Source of the DNA: Macrostomum hystrix
Lineage: Eukaryota > Animalia > Platyhelminthes
Direction: 5' to 3'
Assembly: GCA_950097015.1 (NCBI GenBank)
Contig: CATNEN010000038.1
Coordinates: forward strand, 14,570,001 to 14,634,000
DNA: 64,000 bases
This document shows positions 12,988 through 25,452 of the stretch, one piece after another. The notes below the pieces were generated by a model. It was not told the origin of the DNA. It did no database searches and saw nothing but the letters and a program-made list of their open reading frames with translations. The position numbers and the translations under genes are program-made. Within the stretch, counting starts at the first letter, position 1. The number at the start of each line of letters is the position of its first letter.

Positions 12988-13298
12988 GGGGGTGGGTAGC
13001 AGAGCGTCTAACGCGTTTGCCACTCGCACCAAGGTCCCTGAGTTCGATTCCGTGGTGAGGTCACACTTACGAGCGTATTTGGGGCGCAGCCGCTGAAAGA
13101 ATGCTTGGGGGCTTGTCGTGAAATTTACGCCCTTAAGGGGCAAACCTCCAACTATTTCAACAATGAAAAAGTCAGGACAGATGTACACACCTGTGTGAGT
13201 GTGTCTGCGTACATTATCTGTGTGCGTGTGTGCTCAGGAGTCAGCGAAATGGGCAGAATTGCCTAGGTCTAGTGTCACCAAATGATGTGCCATTGCCC
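12988..13298 (+). mobile_element. SINE family A copy
   Basis: tRNA-like head (ggtagcagagcgtctaacgcg...gttcgattcc) plus family body with internal deletions. Confidence 0.85.
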
Positions 13299-14297
13299 AT
13301 TATCGTTTCTCTACTGTGTAAAAATTCGAACTCCCGACCTCTCGATGATAATTCGAAGCTCTATAGATTAGGCATCTGAAGATTTATCTGAGCATCTTGG
13401 CCAAGGTACCTCGACGGTCAACAGAGTAACCTCATTTATAATAAACTAGCACTATTCTCACAGACAAGATCTCATTATTTCTTGATTCTCTTTCGTAAAC
13501 ATATTTACTTCCGGTAGGATTTGATCAGGAAGATTATTGCTGAACATGCTCAGGGAATTAGAGCCGACTTGTGGTGATAATCTGTAAAATGAGATTCCTG
13601 TTCGCCCGATGTTACCCTCGGTGTCTGAAGACAACAAATCGACTTGAAGACTAGACGAAATCCTTTGAACTACATGCAGTTGGTATTGATTCTGAATATC
13701 CGCTGTATCGTGTTTCGTTCCCTCGACGAATTGTGTGAGGCATTTAAACCCTTACAGCTAATCAGTGAAATGCGGAGTGTCAACACTGATCAGCAATCTC
13801 TTTAGATAATAATATTGCGTATGATGAAGCATGTGTTGCGGGCCTTTTTGAGTCGCTTTAGCTGTTGTTGATTTTGGTTGTTATTTCAAACCGACATAAC
13901 TCAGACATCCGTAACTAGCTTTTTAAAGATGGAACAGCACATCTAACTGGTTGTTAGACAAGACATAATTAGATGTTACCAAACTACGAGTAGCTGAATA
14001 TCGGTCACTGAAACGAAGTGTTCCGCTTGTGACAGGCTCTTCTCGAGGTGCACTGTAGGTGCAAAATGAAGCTAATTTATTACGCATGACTGAAAATAAT
14101 TTTCTCATAATTAACTGCAGCACTTGCTCAACTGAGCATAATGAGTTGATGAATTCTGAGACATGACTCGTGCTATGGCAATCAGGACTCGCAAATGACT
14201 AAACCCAATTATTCAAGTCGAGAGGATGAATTTAGTATAATGAAATTTGAGCTGTCGATCAATTTGATGAAGCCACTATTAGAAATATGCCACAACT

Positions 14298-14392
14298 AGA
14301 TAGATAGAAAGATAGATGGATAGATATATAGACAGACAGGTAGATAGATAGATAGACAGATAGATAGATAGACAGGTAGATAGATAGACAGG

Positions 14393-14452
<60 letters not shown>

Positions 14453-14490
14453 CAGACAGGTAGATAGATAGATATATAGAAAGAAAGATA
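14298..14490. repeat. (GATA)n/(GACA)n microsatellite
   Basis: Direct tetranucleotide repetition. Confidence 0.95.
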
Positions 14491-15535
14491 GAGCTAGCTT
14501 CGTGACTACTCGTAGAATAGATGAGAGATGAACGGATAAAAGAAAATTCTAACTTTTAGTTTAGTGCGTAGCTCTTTTACACACTTTCACATAAATTATA
14601 GAAATCGAATACAGGTGAAGATAATATACTCGTAGTTCACTTTCTAATTACCCGCACGACTAGCTTTGTGCGCAGGGTGTGAGCGCGACAAAGGGACATG
14701 ATAATTACATAGAATATGAGGAGTATGAAGCGTGTTATTTCCACGCTGCTACTGCTGCTGCTGCTGCTGCTGCTGAATGATTGACTACGTACAGCAAGGT
14801 GAAATCTAATTTGTGAAGTGAAGATCTTTCGATGCCTCAGAGCCTTCTCAATGCTACGAGTATTTATTCTATTTATCACTGCAAGTACTATATGAAGAGC
14901 ACAGCTGCTAGAATGTTTTGTCCAATATTTTAGAGAAAATTTACTTTTATTTTTTTAGTTTTATACGAATTTCAAATTTTCACTTCATTTTCAGTCAACT
15001 GCTCCTTAATAATTAGAATAGACGTTGAATTTTTCGTCAGCTCAAAGTATAGGCTGAGCACAGAGCACAGAGAAAGACGCCTCAGACCCTCTTGTTTCTT
15101 GCTGCATATTTGCCTAGAGGCACAAAGCGCTGTCAACAAAGCGTTCCGACCCTTCACCATTCATTGCGCACACTTTCCTCGGAGACTCGAGCGAATATTA
15201 AGTTAGCCTTTGCCCTGCAACTGGTCAGTTAGGAGTTTTTTTACACCGCGAAATGCAGTCAGGTAGTGAGAGAAGCAGGTAGTTGAGATGAATAAGAGAG
15301 GCTGCAGAGGAATAGCTGTCTAATGGATTGAGCTCAAACCCAGTGTGCACAATGAGCTAGCGAAACGAACAAAAACCAAGTCGCAAAACCTGTGGCCCGG
15401 GCACTCTAGAAAACCGATTGGAGCATGCACACCGTTTAATAAAACAGTGGCCTCAGCTTGAGCAGTTAACGAACGGCCAGCTCTAAATTTGAGTAGCGAA
15501 AACGCGAAATTTTGTTGAACTGACTCAGCAAAGCC

Positions 15536-18500
15536 ATGGCGGACATTTTAGATCCGGAACTGTTTCTACTCAGAAAAAAGCAACAGAATCAACAGCAGCG
15601 TGTCATGGTGGATTTGGACGGCCTCTTGCCAAAGCAGCGTCAGCAGCTACCAGAATCTGTTCGAATTCAGCAAACAGTAGGCGGCTCAAAGAGAGACTTC
15701 CCTGACCCACCTCTGCCGGTTGCTAGCGGAAAGAGGGACTTCGCTGACCCACCTCTGCCGGTTGCTAGCGGAAAGAGGGACTTCCCTGACCCACCTCCGC
15801 CGGTTGCTAGCGGAAAGAGGGACTTCCCTGACCCACCTCTGCCGGTTGCTAGCGGAAAGAGGGACTTCCCTGACCCACCTCCGCCGGCTGCTAGCGGAAA
15901 GAGGGACTTCCCTGACCCACCTCTGCCGGTTGCTAGCGGAAAGAGGGACTTCGCTGACCCACCTCTGCCGGTTGCTAGCGGAAAGAGGGACTTCCCTGAC
16001 CCACCTCTGCCGGTTGCTAGCGGGAAAAAAGACTTCCCTGACCCACTTCTGCCAGTTGCTAGCAGGAAAAAAGACTTCCCTGACCAACCTCTGCCAGTTG
16101 CTAGCGGGAAAAAAGACTTCCCTGACCCACCTCTGCCAGTTGCTAGCGGAAAGAGGGACTTCCCTGACCCACCTCTGCCGGTTGCTAGCGGAAAGAGAGA
16201 CTTCCCTGACCCACCTCTGCCGGTTGCTAGCGGGAAAAAAGACTTCGCTGACCCACCTCTGCCGGCTGCAAGCGGAAAGAGAGTCTTCCCTGACCCACCT
16301 CTGCCGGTTGCTAGCGGAAAGAGGGACTTCCCTGACCCACCTTTACAAGGTGCTATTGGGAAGAATTTCACTAGCCCATCACTAACAGCCGTTGGTGCGA
16401 AGCGGGACGTCCCTGATCCACATATTCAATTGAAAGAAAATGGCAGCGAAAATCTTGACGTACCACTCCCGATGACAAGTGTTAGCGGCCTTCTAGAACC
16501 ACCGCTACCGAAGACGACTGTTAAGAGCGGATTACCGGAACCACCGCTACCGAAGACAAGTATTAAGAGCGGATTACCTGAACCACCGCTACCGAAGACA
16601 ACTGTTACGAGCGGATTACCGGACCCACTGCTACCGCAGACAACTGTTAAGAGCGGATTACCGGAACCACTGCTACCGAAGACAACTGTTAAGAGCGGAT
16701 TACCGGAACCTCCGCTACCGAAGACAATTGTTAAGAGCGGATTACCTGAACCAGGTAATAGTGGGCTTCCAGAGCCAACGCTACCGAAGACAAGTAGAAA
16801 TAGTGGGCTTCCAGAGCCACCGCTACCGAAGACAAGTGGAAATAGTGGGCTTCCAGAGCCACCGCTACCGAAGACAAGTGGAAATAGTGGGCTTCCAGAG
16901 CCACCGCTACCGAAGACAAGTGGAAATAGTGGGCTTCCAGAGACACCGCTACCGAAGACAAGTGGAAATAGTGGGCTTCCAGAGCCACCGCTACCGAAGA
17001 CAAGTGGAAATAGTGGGCTTCCAGAGCCACCGCTACCGAAGACAAGTGGAAATAGTGGGCTTCCAGAGCCACCGCTACCGAAGACAAGTGTTAAGAGCGG
17101 ATTACCTGAACCACCGCTACCGAAGACAACTGTTAAGAGCGGATTACTGGAACCACCGCTACCGAAGACAAGTGGAAATAGTGGCCTTCCAGAGCCACCG
17201 CTACCGAAGACAAGTGGAAATAGTGGGCTTCCAGAGCCACCGCTACCGAAGACAACTGTTAAGATCGGATTACCTGAACCACCGCTACCGAAGACAACTG
17301 TTAAGAGCGGATTACCGGAACCACCGCTATCGAAGACAAGTGTTAAGAGCGGATTACCTGAACCACCGAAGAGAAGTGAAATGGTCGGTGTTGCTCAACC
17401 ACTGGCTTCCGAGAAGTTGCCTCCCAAACTGGTCGGTAATCCAGATACAGTCTCAACATCTGAGTTGCCAGACCCAGTATTATTGCGGCAATCTCAGCAA
17501 GCCAATGCAATACTTTCTGGCATGTCAGCTAAAGAGCAACTCATGGTGAATAAAGACTTCAGTCCTGAACAGGTTTCACCGATGAAGGAAACAAAGACTG
17601 GGGAAGTTTCTTCGGAGCCAGTTGCAAATATCAGCTCTGTGGCTGTTGATAGGCGAATCGACACGGACAGGAAAGCTGATTCCCCGGAGACATCCAAGAC
17701 CCAGGTAGCAACAAAGACTGCTTTGCCGGATCCGAAAAAACTGCTTAAGAAGACGCATTCTGAAACAAAGACTTCTATTAAGCTGTCAAGCTCTGAAGTA
17801 GGACCCGCTCCAGAAGATGAGCAAAAGCTGGTTTCAACCAAATCGTCATTGCCAGATCCGACCGAGCTGTTGAAAAATCCTAAGTCGTCAAAGCCGGACC
17901 AAGCCACGAAGAACTTCGGAATTGGAACAATTGTGACACCACCGTCCAGCACAGCATTGCCAGTAAAACAAGACTCCGGGGACAAGAGGTCTTTCGAAAC
18001 AAAGACTGAATCAAAACTAGAAGCAAAGCTAGAAGCGAAGGCTGAGACGACGAGTGGAGCACAAAAATTCGAAAATGACGACCGATCAGCCGTGACAGAA
18101 ACTGCAAAGACCAGCTTGAAGCAGCCAAAGGTTCAAGCAGTTGGCAGAGGTGACTCGTCAAGACGAGACTTTTCGGCGACACGAAGGGAGAGGGAGCCCC
18201 GGCAACAGCGGCCGGTCGAGGAGGCGCCAATCATCGAGGAGGAAAGCGAGGAAAAACCGGTGCGCGCCATCGAAGAGTCGAGGCTGATTGCACCGAGGTA
18301 TCAACAGCAGCAGCAGCTGCCAGTATCGCCAAGGTCGCCTCGACGATCTGACGGGCAGGGGCTGGGACCGCTGCCCAGCTTCACAGCCTCATCAAGGGAT
18401 CTGATTGCAAAGATGCGGGCTAACTTGGCATCCAGTGAGGTACGAGTGCGGAATTACAGGCCTAAATGCTTCTCAACTTTATGCGCATCAAATTGAACTT

Positions 18501-20034
18501 GCATCCCCCATTGCAGATATCAGCAGACACCAACGACGATTATGCAATCTACGACGATGAAGAACGTGACGCAATGGCCTCCGCAGTTGCTGCTGGAGCC
18601 GCCATTGGCTCGGCGCGAATGACAGTCTGCGCGCCGAGCTTCGGCAGTCAGCCGCCGCTTTTCCGTCCGCCGAATTTGACACCAAGGCATCAACCGCAGC
18701 GACAGCAGCAGCAGCAGCTACCAGTCGGTGGTACTGCTGGTATCGTAGCTCAAGAAATTCGAGCGAGACTAGCGGTCCAACGATCGAATAGGGGAGCGGA
18801 TGCGGAGCTACGCCAGGAGTTTCATCACCGACAGGCGGAGGTGGAGCAGCTGCACAGCAGTCTGGACCGACTGCATCGACAGAACATGCAGACCAAAGCG
18901 TACCTCGTTGCGGCACTGGAGAAGGGCGAATCTCAGGTACGAATTTTTTAGGGCACCAGAAGAAGACGATTTGAGTATTTTATTTGGTCTGTCAAGTTTC
19001 ACTCTACCTAATACTAGCTTCGTGACATCCACAGGCGAGAGAACTGATGCAGGTCATGGAGGAGGACCGCGCAATGCTGCGCGCGACGCGTCAGGAGAAT
19101 CTGGAGCTCCGCTCTCGCGTGGAATCCGACTCGCGCGACATCGCTGGCTTGGAGAGCCGATTGTGTGGCCTTGAGCAGTTGCTGCAATCCGTGCAGCAGG
19201 AGAATCGCCGACTAGCCGAGCAGCTGCGGGCCACTGCCGCTCGGCTGGACAGGTCGCCGGCTCAGTCCGTCAGCGCCGCGGTGAATTTTAACGATGACTA
19301 CTTAGGCTCGAGCTACCAGCCCGGTGGAACCTCGGCTCGAGAGGTTGGCGCTGAACTGCTCAGGCTTCGTCGGGAGGCTGTCAATCAGCGGCTAAAAGCT
19401 GAGCTCAGCGGTCAGCAGAAGCAGACGACGCGCATGCCACTGTCTGAACCTTATCATCAGCACCAGGCATCTACAGAAGCAGCGCCGATGACCAGACTAC
19501 AGAGAGCTCTTCAATTTCCATTACCAAAGCCGCAGCCGTCGCCACCGCCTCAGAGGCAGCAGGCTACTCAACCGCCGCCATCATTCCAGACCAGACTGAG
19601 GAAAACTCAACAAACGCCACTACTGGCTGCGCCCGCCGCAGACTATCCCGGCGATCAACGATTTCGCAGCTCGGCAGCTTCGGTATCCAGCATCCTGCAG
19701 GGTTACGAAGCGCTGAACTCGTTTCGCAGTCGATCTGGCGAGGAACCATTTTCCAAGGGGCAACCATTTGAGAGGTTTGTGAACCACTCAACCTTTTTCC
19801 GTTTATTGTGATGGTTAATTAGGTGACGATGCATTCGCCGACATTATCAAAAGTAAATTCTTGTTTACCTTGTCAAATTACAGAAGTCTGACTGGCACAC
19901 TGGACGACTATGTGACAGCCAGGGAGCTGGGCTCCAGAGCGAAACGCTACGCGGACGAGTTATTGGCCAAGTATGCTAATGAGCTGCAGCAGAAGCCCGC
20001 ACCTAGCCTTAATGCACTGCAGGACCATTGTTGA
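15536..20034 (+). CDS. Large Pro-rich repeat protein with C-terminal coiled coil. Exons 15536-18439, 18517-18936, 19035-19774, 19884-20034
   Basis: The 986-aa ORF joins in frame through GT-AG introns to ISADTNDD..., ARELMQVMEEDR... (heptad coiled coil) and RSLTGTLDDY...QDHC*. It contains two 42-bp coding tandem arrays. Confidence 0.8.
15690..16345 (+). repeat. Coding 42-bp tandem array, about 15 x DFPDPPLPVASGKR
   Basis: Seen in both the DNA and the translation. Confidence 0.95.
16480..17370 (+). repeat. Coding 42-bp tandem array, about 20 x SGLPEPPLPKT(SGN/TVK)
   Basis: Seen in both the DNA and the translation. Confidence 0.95.
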
Positions 20035-21571
20035 GTGACAACAATTAGGACCATTCAACTCCATCCATGCAACCTTAAATACGAGCGTACATCTGCTCAT
20101 GCGATAAATGAGTAGTTTTTGTAGCATGACTAGTGTGGAAATCCCTTCTTTGTAGGTCATTTCTAAACTCAAGCACGTGACCGTCCTCGGCCAATCAAAA
20201 TTCGAAGACACATTTCCGCATTGCTTTTTTCACTTGTCTAAATTCCAGGTTTGTTTAATTCTTAACAGGACAGGAATACAATTACAATCATAGGCTATCA
20301 GCTCATACAAGGCTTCTGTATGTTTTAAAACTAATTTTATGCGACTCAAACATAGCTAGACTATGCTCAGTAGTACAATTCTAGAGTTTTAATTTTATAA
20401 GACTTAGTAAAAATCACGTTGTTTTAGAAAACTGCGGTAATTTTTGTGCTTAAAAAGCGAAAAAATAAACTTTTTTTGTTCCGACTATATCCTCTCTAAA
20501 ACAACTAAAAAATATTTATTTTTTCACTCTACCATAACATCAGTCTTCGAATTCTTATCAGTTAATTTCATTTCATTGGCTGAAGGAAATATAACCATAT
20601 AAAGTTTTATATAGACTGTAGCTAGGGGCAGGTGTAACCAAGGATTAAAAAACGCTAAATTATCATTTCATTTTTCAATAACATAAATCGATCGCTTTAA
20701 AGGGATTCTATCTATCAAGTACCATTGTAAATTAGTTCCAAAAAATCAACAACATTTTTATAGCAGATGCTAATTATACAAGTGTAGTTACAAATAATGC
20801 ATCACATTTACAGACTTCAAGGGACAAAATAATTTATTAATCAACCATTTTGATTCATAGGTAATTGACGAGCAGGATTGTTGAACAAACTGACAAAATT
20901 ACGAGTATCTACTATAAGTACTAGCTATGGGCATATTAGAACTAATCTGAAGAAATAAGTACACTATAATTTAGATGATTCTGTGTGCTTAAATGGACTG
21001 TTTGTTGATTGCCAAATGGTGATCAACTATTAATTATTTTACATTTTAATACGCATAAAAAATAAAATAAAACAAATAATAATAATATTATAAACGACGT
21101 TAAAAGGGTAAAAATGCTTTGAACTTATTTTATTGACAAAAAAGAATTAAGACACAATGAATCTGATTTGAGAAACAAAATTATATTTTGATTTTAATAA
21201 CTAGCAACAAACTTGGTCGGTGGCGTATTGACTAATTTCTTTAAAAAACTAATTTAAAAAATCTAGACAATTTGGCACTCGTGCCAAAAAAGCAAAACAC
21301 TCGAAGATGAGAGTAAGAGATGGCAGGGATTCGTTTTGCTTGCGAAAACGAGGTTTGTTAAAAATAACAATGGCAGTTTTGCCGCTGGCATTTTTGTTAG
21401 TAGAAAAATTTCTTTAAAAGGTTAAGAGTTCGAAACCTGAATTTTTTATATAGAGGCCAGCGACAAACTTAGTAATGAAGGAACCTGGTCCAGCAGAAAA
21501 TTCACACAAAGCAGCCAGCAGTTTGGCTAAAAAGAGGGCCAGCTGATCAACTAGAAGCAGTCAGCTAATTA

Positions 21572-22847
21572 TCACTCGAAGCCCTGCCAATCGCTGGACT
21601 CGCTCTCATCCTCACCTCGGGTGCCAATCGACCGAATGCCATTCTTCAACGCCGGGGTGCCCTTCAGCTTGCCTGCGCCGACAGGTGGATGACGGCATTT
21701 TGGGGATAAGTCTTAGAAGTGGAATTTCGGTATAGGGGATTAGGAATTGCAGGAGAAGTCAGAATTTTATTATGAGGGCTTGGGATTCTTGAGTCTCGAC
21801 TGGAGATTATTGACTGGGGGGATTCTGGATATTAGTCGGTGGTTTGGTTCTTTAGTCTGAGGGATTGGGATTCTTGAATGGGGGATTCGGGATGCTTCAC
21901 TGGGATTTCAGGATAATAGTCTGTGGGATTAAGGATTGTTGACTAGAGGATTTTTGGATATTAGTCTGTGGGATTATGGATTGTTGACTAGAGGATTTTA
22001 GGATATTAGTCTGTGGGATTATGGATTGTTGACTGGTGGATTTCAGGTTATTAATCTCTGGGATTAAGGATTGTTTACTAGGGGATTTCAGGATATTAGG
22101 CTGTGAGATTAAGGATTGTTGACTAGGGGATTTTAGGATATTAATCTGTAGGATTAAGGATTGTTGACTGGGGGATTTCAGGATATTAGTCTGTGGGATT
22201 AAGGATTGTTTACTAGGGGATTTCAGGATATTAGTCTGTGGGATTAAGGATTGTTGACTGGGGGATTCGGGATTGTTGACTAGGGGACTCAGGATATAAA
22301 ATTAGTCTGGGGGATCCTGGATGTCTGTAATCTAAAGGATTCGGGATTCGGGACTAGTCAGGGCGATTCGGGATTCTAGATTTGTAATATATTACGAGCT
22401 GATTTGAGATTCCAGCATTGAGGTAATTAGGAATAGGGATGACAAATATAAATATAAAAGAAATCAGTGCAGAAAATGTGGCAACTCACCCAGAACCCTA
22501 GCGTGAAACTGCACCAGCATACTCTCGCCAGTGTCCGGGTTCTCTAATAGCACCTCCTCTCTCATCAAGCGCTCCTTGTGAGCGAACAATTCAAAGGTGA
22601 ATGTATCAGTGTCCGGCTCTGATGATGCCTCCACACTGAGCAGCCGAATGTACACATGCTGGCCGCACTGCACATTGGGGCCCAGGCGATGCCTGATTGG
22701 CACCTCGATGCTGTACACGTGATCAACCTGCAGGAAGCCAAGGTGAATGTCCATGGCATCGCCGATATTGTTGGCTTCAACAATGATCTCTAGATTGTGA
22801 TGCGGCAGCTGGCTAGGATCGAAGTGAACATGACTGTCTGCGCTCAT
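21572..22847 (-). CDS. C20orf27: C20orf27/ADISSP (UPF0687/DUF4517) homolog. Exons 22847-22490 and 21672-21572
   Basis: MSADSHVHFD...IHLGFLQV...AHKERLMREEVLL...ARVLG|KLKGTPALKNGIRSIG...ESSDWQGFE* matches the family hallmarks SHVHFD, GFL, AHKEG, GTP.L and SDW.GF. Phase-1 GT-AG intron. Confidence 0.9.
21770..22385. repeat. Degenerate intronic tandem repeat (gggattaaggattgttgactagggg...)
   Basis: Imperfect tandem units within the C20orf27 intron. Confidence 0.8.
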
Positions 22848-24338
22848 TGTGTACTGGAGTAGCCTTAGCAACAAGCTGCGGGTAAAGTTTCATAGATTTT
22901 CGATGTTTTCCGATTTTAAGATAAAAAACTGAGTGTAACATTGATTAATCACTTTTGCTAGATTCTGCCAGTTGCTACTAATTCTTAGAAACTAAACAAG
23001 AAATAAATATTTTGACTATGTGTAAGGCTAGCTTGTCAAAATTGGCATCTTACTATTTAAAAGTTTTTAGTAATTTCAAAAGCTATAAATCCCATGCCAA
23101 TGACAATAATGTCAACTTTATCCACATAGATCCATACTGATAATACCTACCTTATCTGCATCAAAGCTTGTTGAAACATGTACACACATGCACACATAGT
23201 ATATACCATGCAATGTCTATGTACATGTAGCTAAATATCAAGGATAACTTCTAATTCCTATACACAATATTTAATCTTATTATCAAGAACCTCAAAATTT
23301 CAAGTTTAAAATCTAAAAAATAAAAACATCAATTAATACAAAATCACCAAACAATTTTGTAAGCAGGGTCAAGGTCACTAATATAATTCAATTACAAAGC
23401 AACATTCATTTGAAGGCCTTAGGGCTTGTTATACAGTTCATTCTATATATATTGTATAGATCTTGGCTTAGAGGGCCAGGCCAACATCTAAGGCATAGTA
23501 AGAGTGCATAATGCCAGATAAAGAGAAAGTTGAGGCTAAAGTAGATATTAGTATAGGGCCACACAAGAGTCTAGATTGATTTATTATACAATAAACAATT
23601 GCTCTAAATAAAAACAAAAGGTACCCATTTAGTAGGCCTAGTTTTTTTCTAAAAACTTGCAAACTTACTTTCTTAAAATAAATTTGCTAGAATATTTAGG
23701 TAGGGCCTATGAGGCCCTTTGTTGTGAACATTCTTGCTATGATTATGAATAATTGAATTACTACATTGCCAGGTTACATAAGTTTAGGCTTAAAAGAATG
23801 AATGAGCATTATGGTAGATGGGTATCAATTCAAGGCTAAACTTGATGAAAGTATATTGAGTTAATTAGCCTATCTGCAAAAATAAGGTTCAAAGGTGTAA
23901 ATTAGCATAGAGCATTTGTAGATATAAGATGTGCCTAGAAATTTCTAGATGTGGATATTAATCAGCTTAGTGAAATTAAATATTTTATGCTTAAGTATCC
24001 TAACAGTTAAATTAAAATACTTTGGTTGTTTTACTATTTGTGGCCATTGCTCATTCTGATTTCCATTGCTCATTGCTCAGTCTAGTCGAATCTTGTAGTT
24101 AACTCTCAAGCCCCCCCACTCTGATATATATTGTATTGAAAAAGTACTTTGTGTAGTATCCTTGCAAATAACAAACACTGCAGAGGCTCCATGTAGTAGA
24201 GTTATAGTTGAAAAGGACGTGTGCCAATAGCAAGCACTCGGCAGTAGATTTGCTTGAAGTGTGTATTTGTAGTAGTCTGTGCTAGGAATAATAGCTGGAG
24301 GACCCCAAAGGAGTTTTGGTTATGAAATGACTGCGCGT

Positions 24339-25452
24339 TAGGGGTCGCAATCCCGGGATCCCGGGATCCCGAAATCCCGGGATTTAGACATTTTTCGGGA
24401 TTACGGGATCCCGGGATTGGAAGTCGGGATTGCGTCGGGATTTGGGATTCGGGAATTAAATATTGAAAAGTGAAAAGTAGAAAATGAGTTACTGAAATAG
24501 TAAAAAACTAGATATTATGATGGTATGGTATGGTACATGTGTACATGTGCAGTGCATTACAAATTATGCAGTGAAGGGCTGTCCAGAAAGACAGCAGGGA
24601 ATCAGGGAGGGATAGAATAAACTCCAACCAACTGCAGTCATTGGACAGACTTAGAGGCACCACTAGCAGGCAGACCCCTGGGACAGGGAGAGAAATGAAC
24701 CTTGCTAAGACAGGCTCGTGTGGGGTCTGGGCTCTGGGCCTATTGTTGGGTTTGGCTGGGTGGGTGGGCTAGAGGGGAATGAGAGCTTTGTGCATGTACA
24801 CCGTAGTGTATGTACACTTTAACAATCTGCTCTGCTTCTGCATGAGGTGGTGGGTGGAGGGAGGCGGCCTGGAGGGTGGATGGCTGGATAGGGCTGGAGG
24901 CTTAGCTTTAAATTGATTAGCTTAATCAATTAAATTAGCTTAATGGAGGCTGGAGATTTAAATAGATTTTTACAAATACTTTTTATAATGAACATCTGAT
25001 TGCTAAGTTACTTGTTACTTGATGCTTGATGGATATAGTTGTATGATGTGACTTCTGGTTCTGACAATGAAGACTCTGAACTCAACTCAGACTCAGAGTC
25101 AGAACACAAAATGTATGGCATAGCAGCAATACAATACAGTGCTATCTAAAAGCAAAAAGCGAAAAGTGAGAACAGTTTATTGGATTGAATTTTGTTCTTT
25201 TTGAGTTCCTTTATTCATTTAGTAATATATTACTATTAGGCAAGAACAATGGGGAGCAAGTTAAACAGCGTTAAAAACTTAAAATTCACAAATGGGATGC
25301 TTTTTTTGTCACCAAAATCAGAATTTATGACGCAATCGAGGTAAACTGGGAGGAAATCTGCAATCCCAAAGTCAATCCCGGGATCCCAGGATTTCCAGTT
25401 TTTTAATATCGGGATCCCGGGATTGAAAAAAGCCGGGATTTTGCGACCCCTA
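24339..25452. mobile_element. Non-autonomous hAT-type DNA transposon (MITE-like), 1114 bp
   Basis: TIRs TAGGGGTCGCAA / TTGCGACCCCTA. Perfect 8-bp TSD CTGCGCGT (24331-24338 and 25453-25460). Subterminal arrays of atcccggga motifs at both ends. Confidence 0.92.

Noticed and set aside
15667-17549. Antisense and alternative-frame ORFs over the Pro-rich arrays
   Set aside because: Shadows of 42-bp coding repeats that lack stops.
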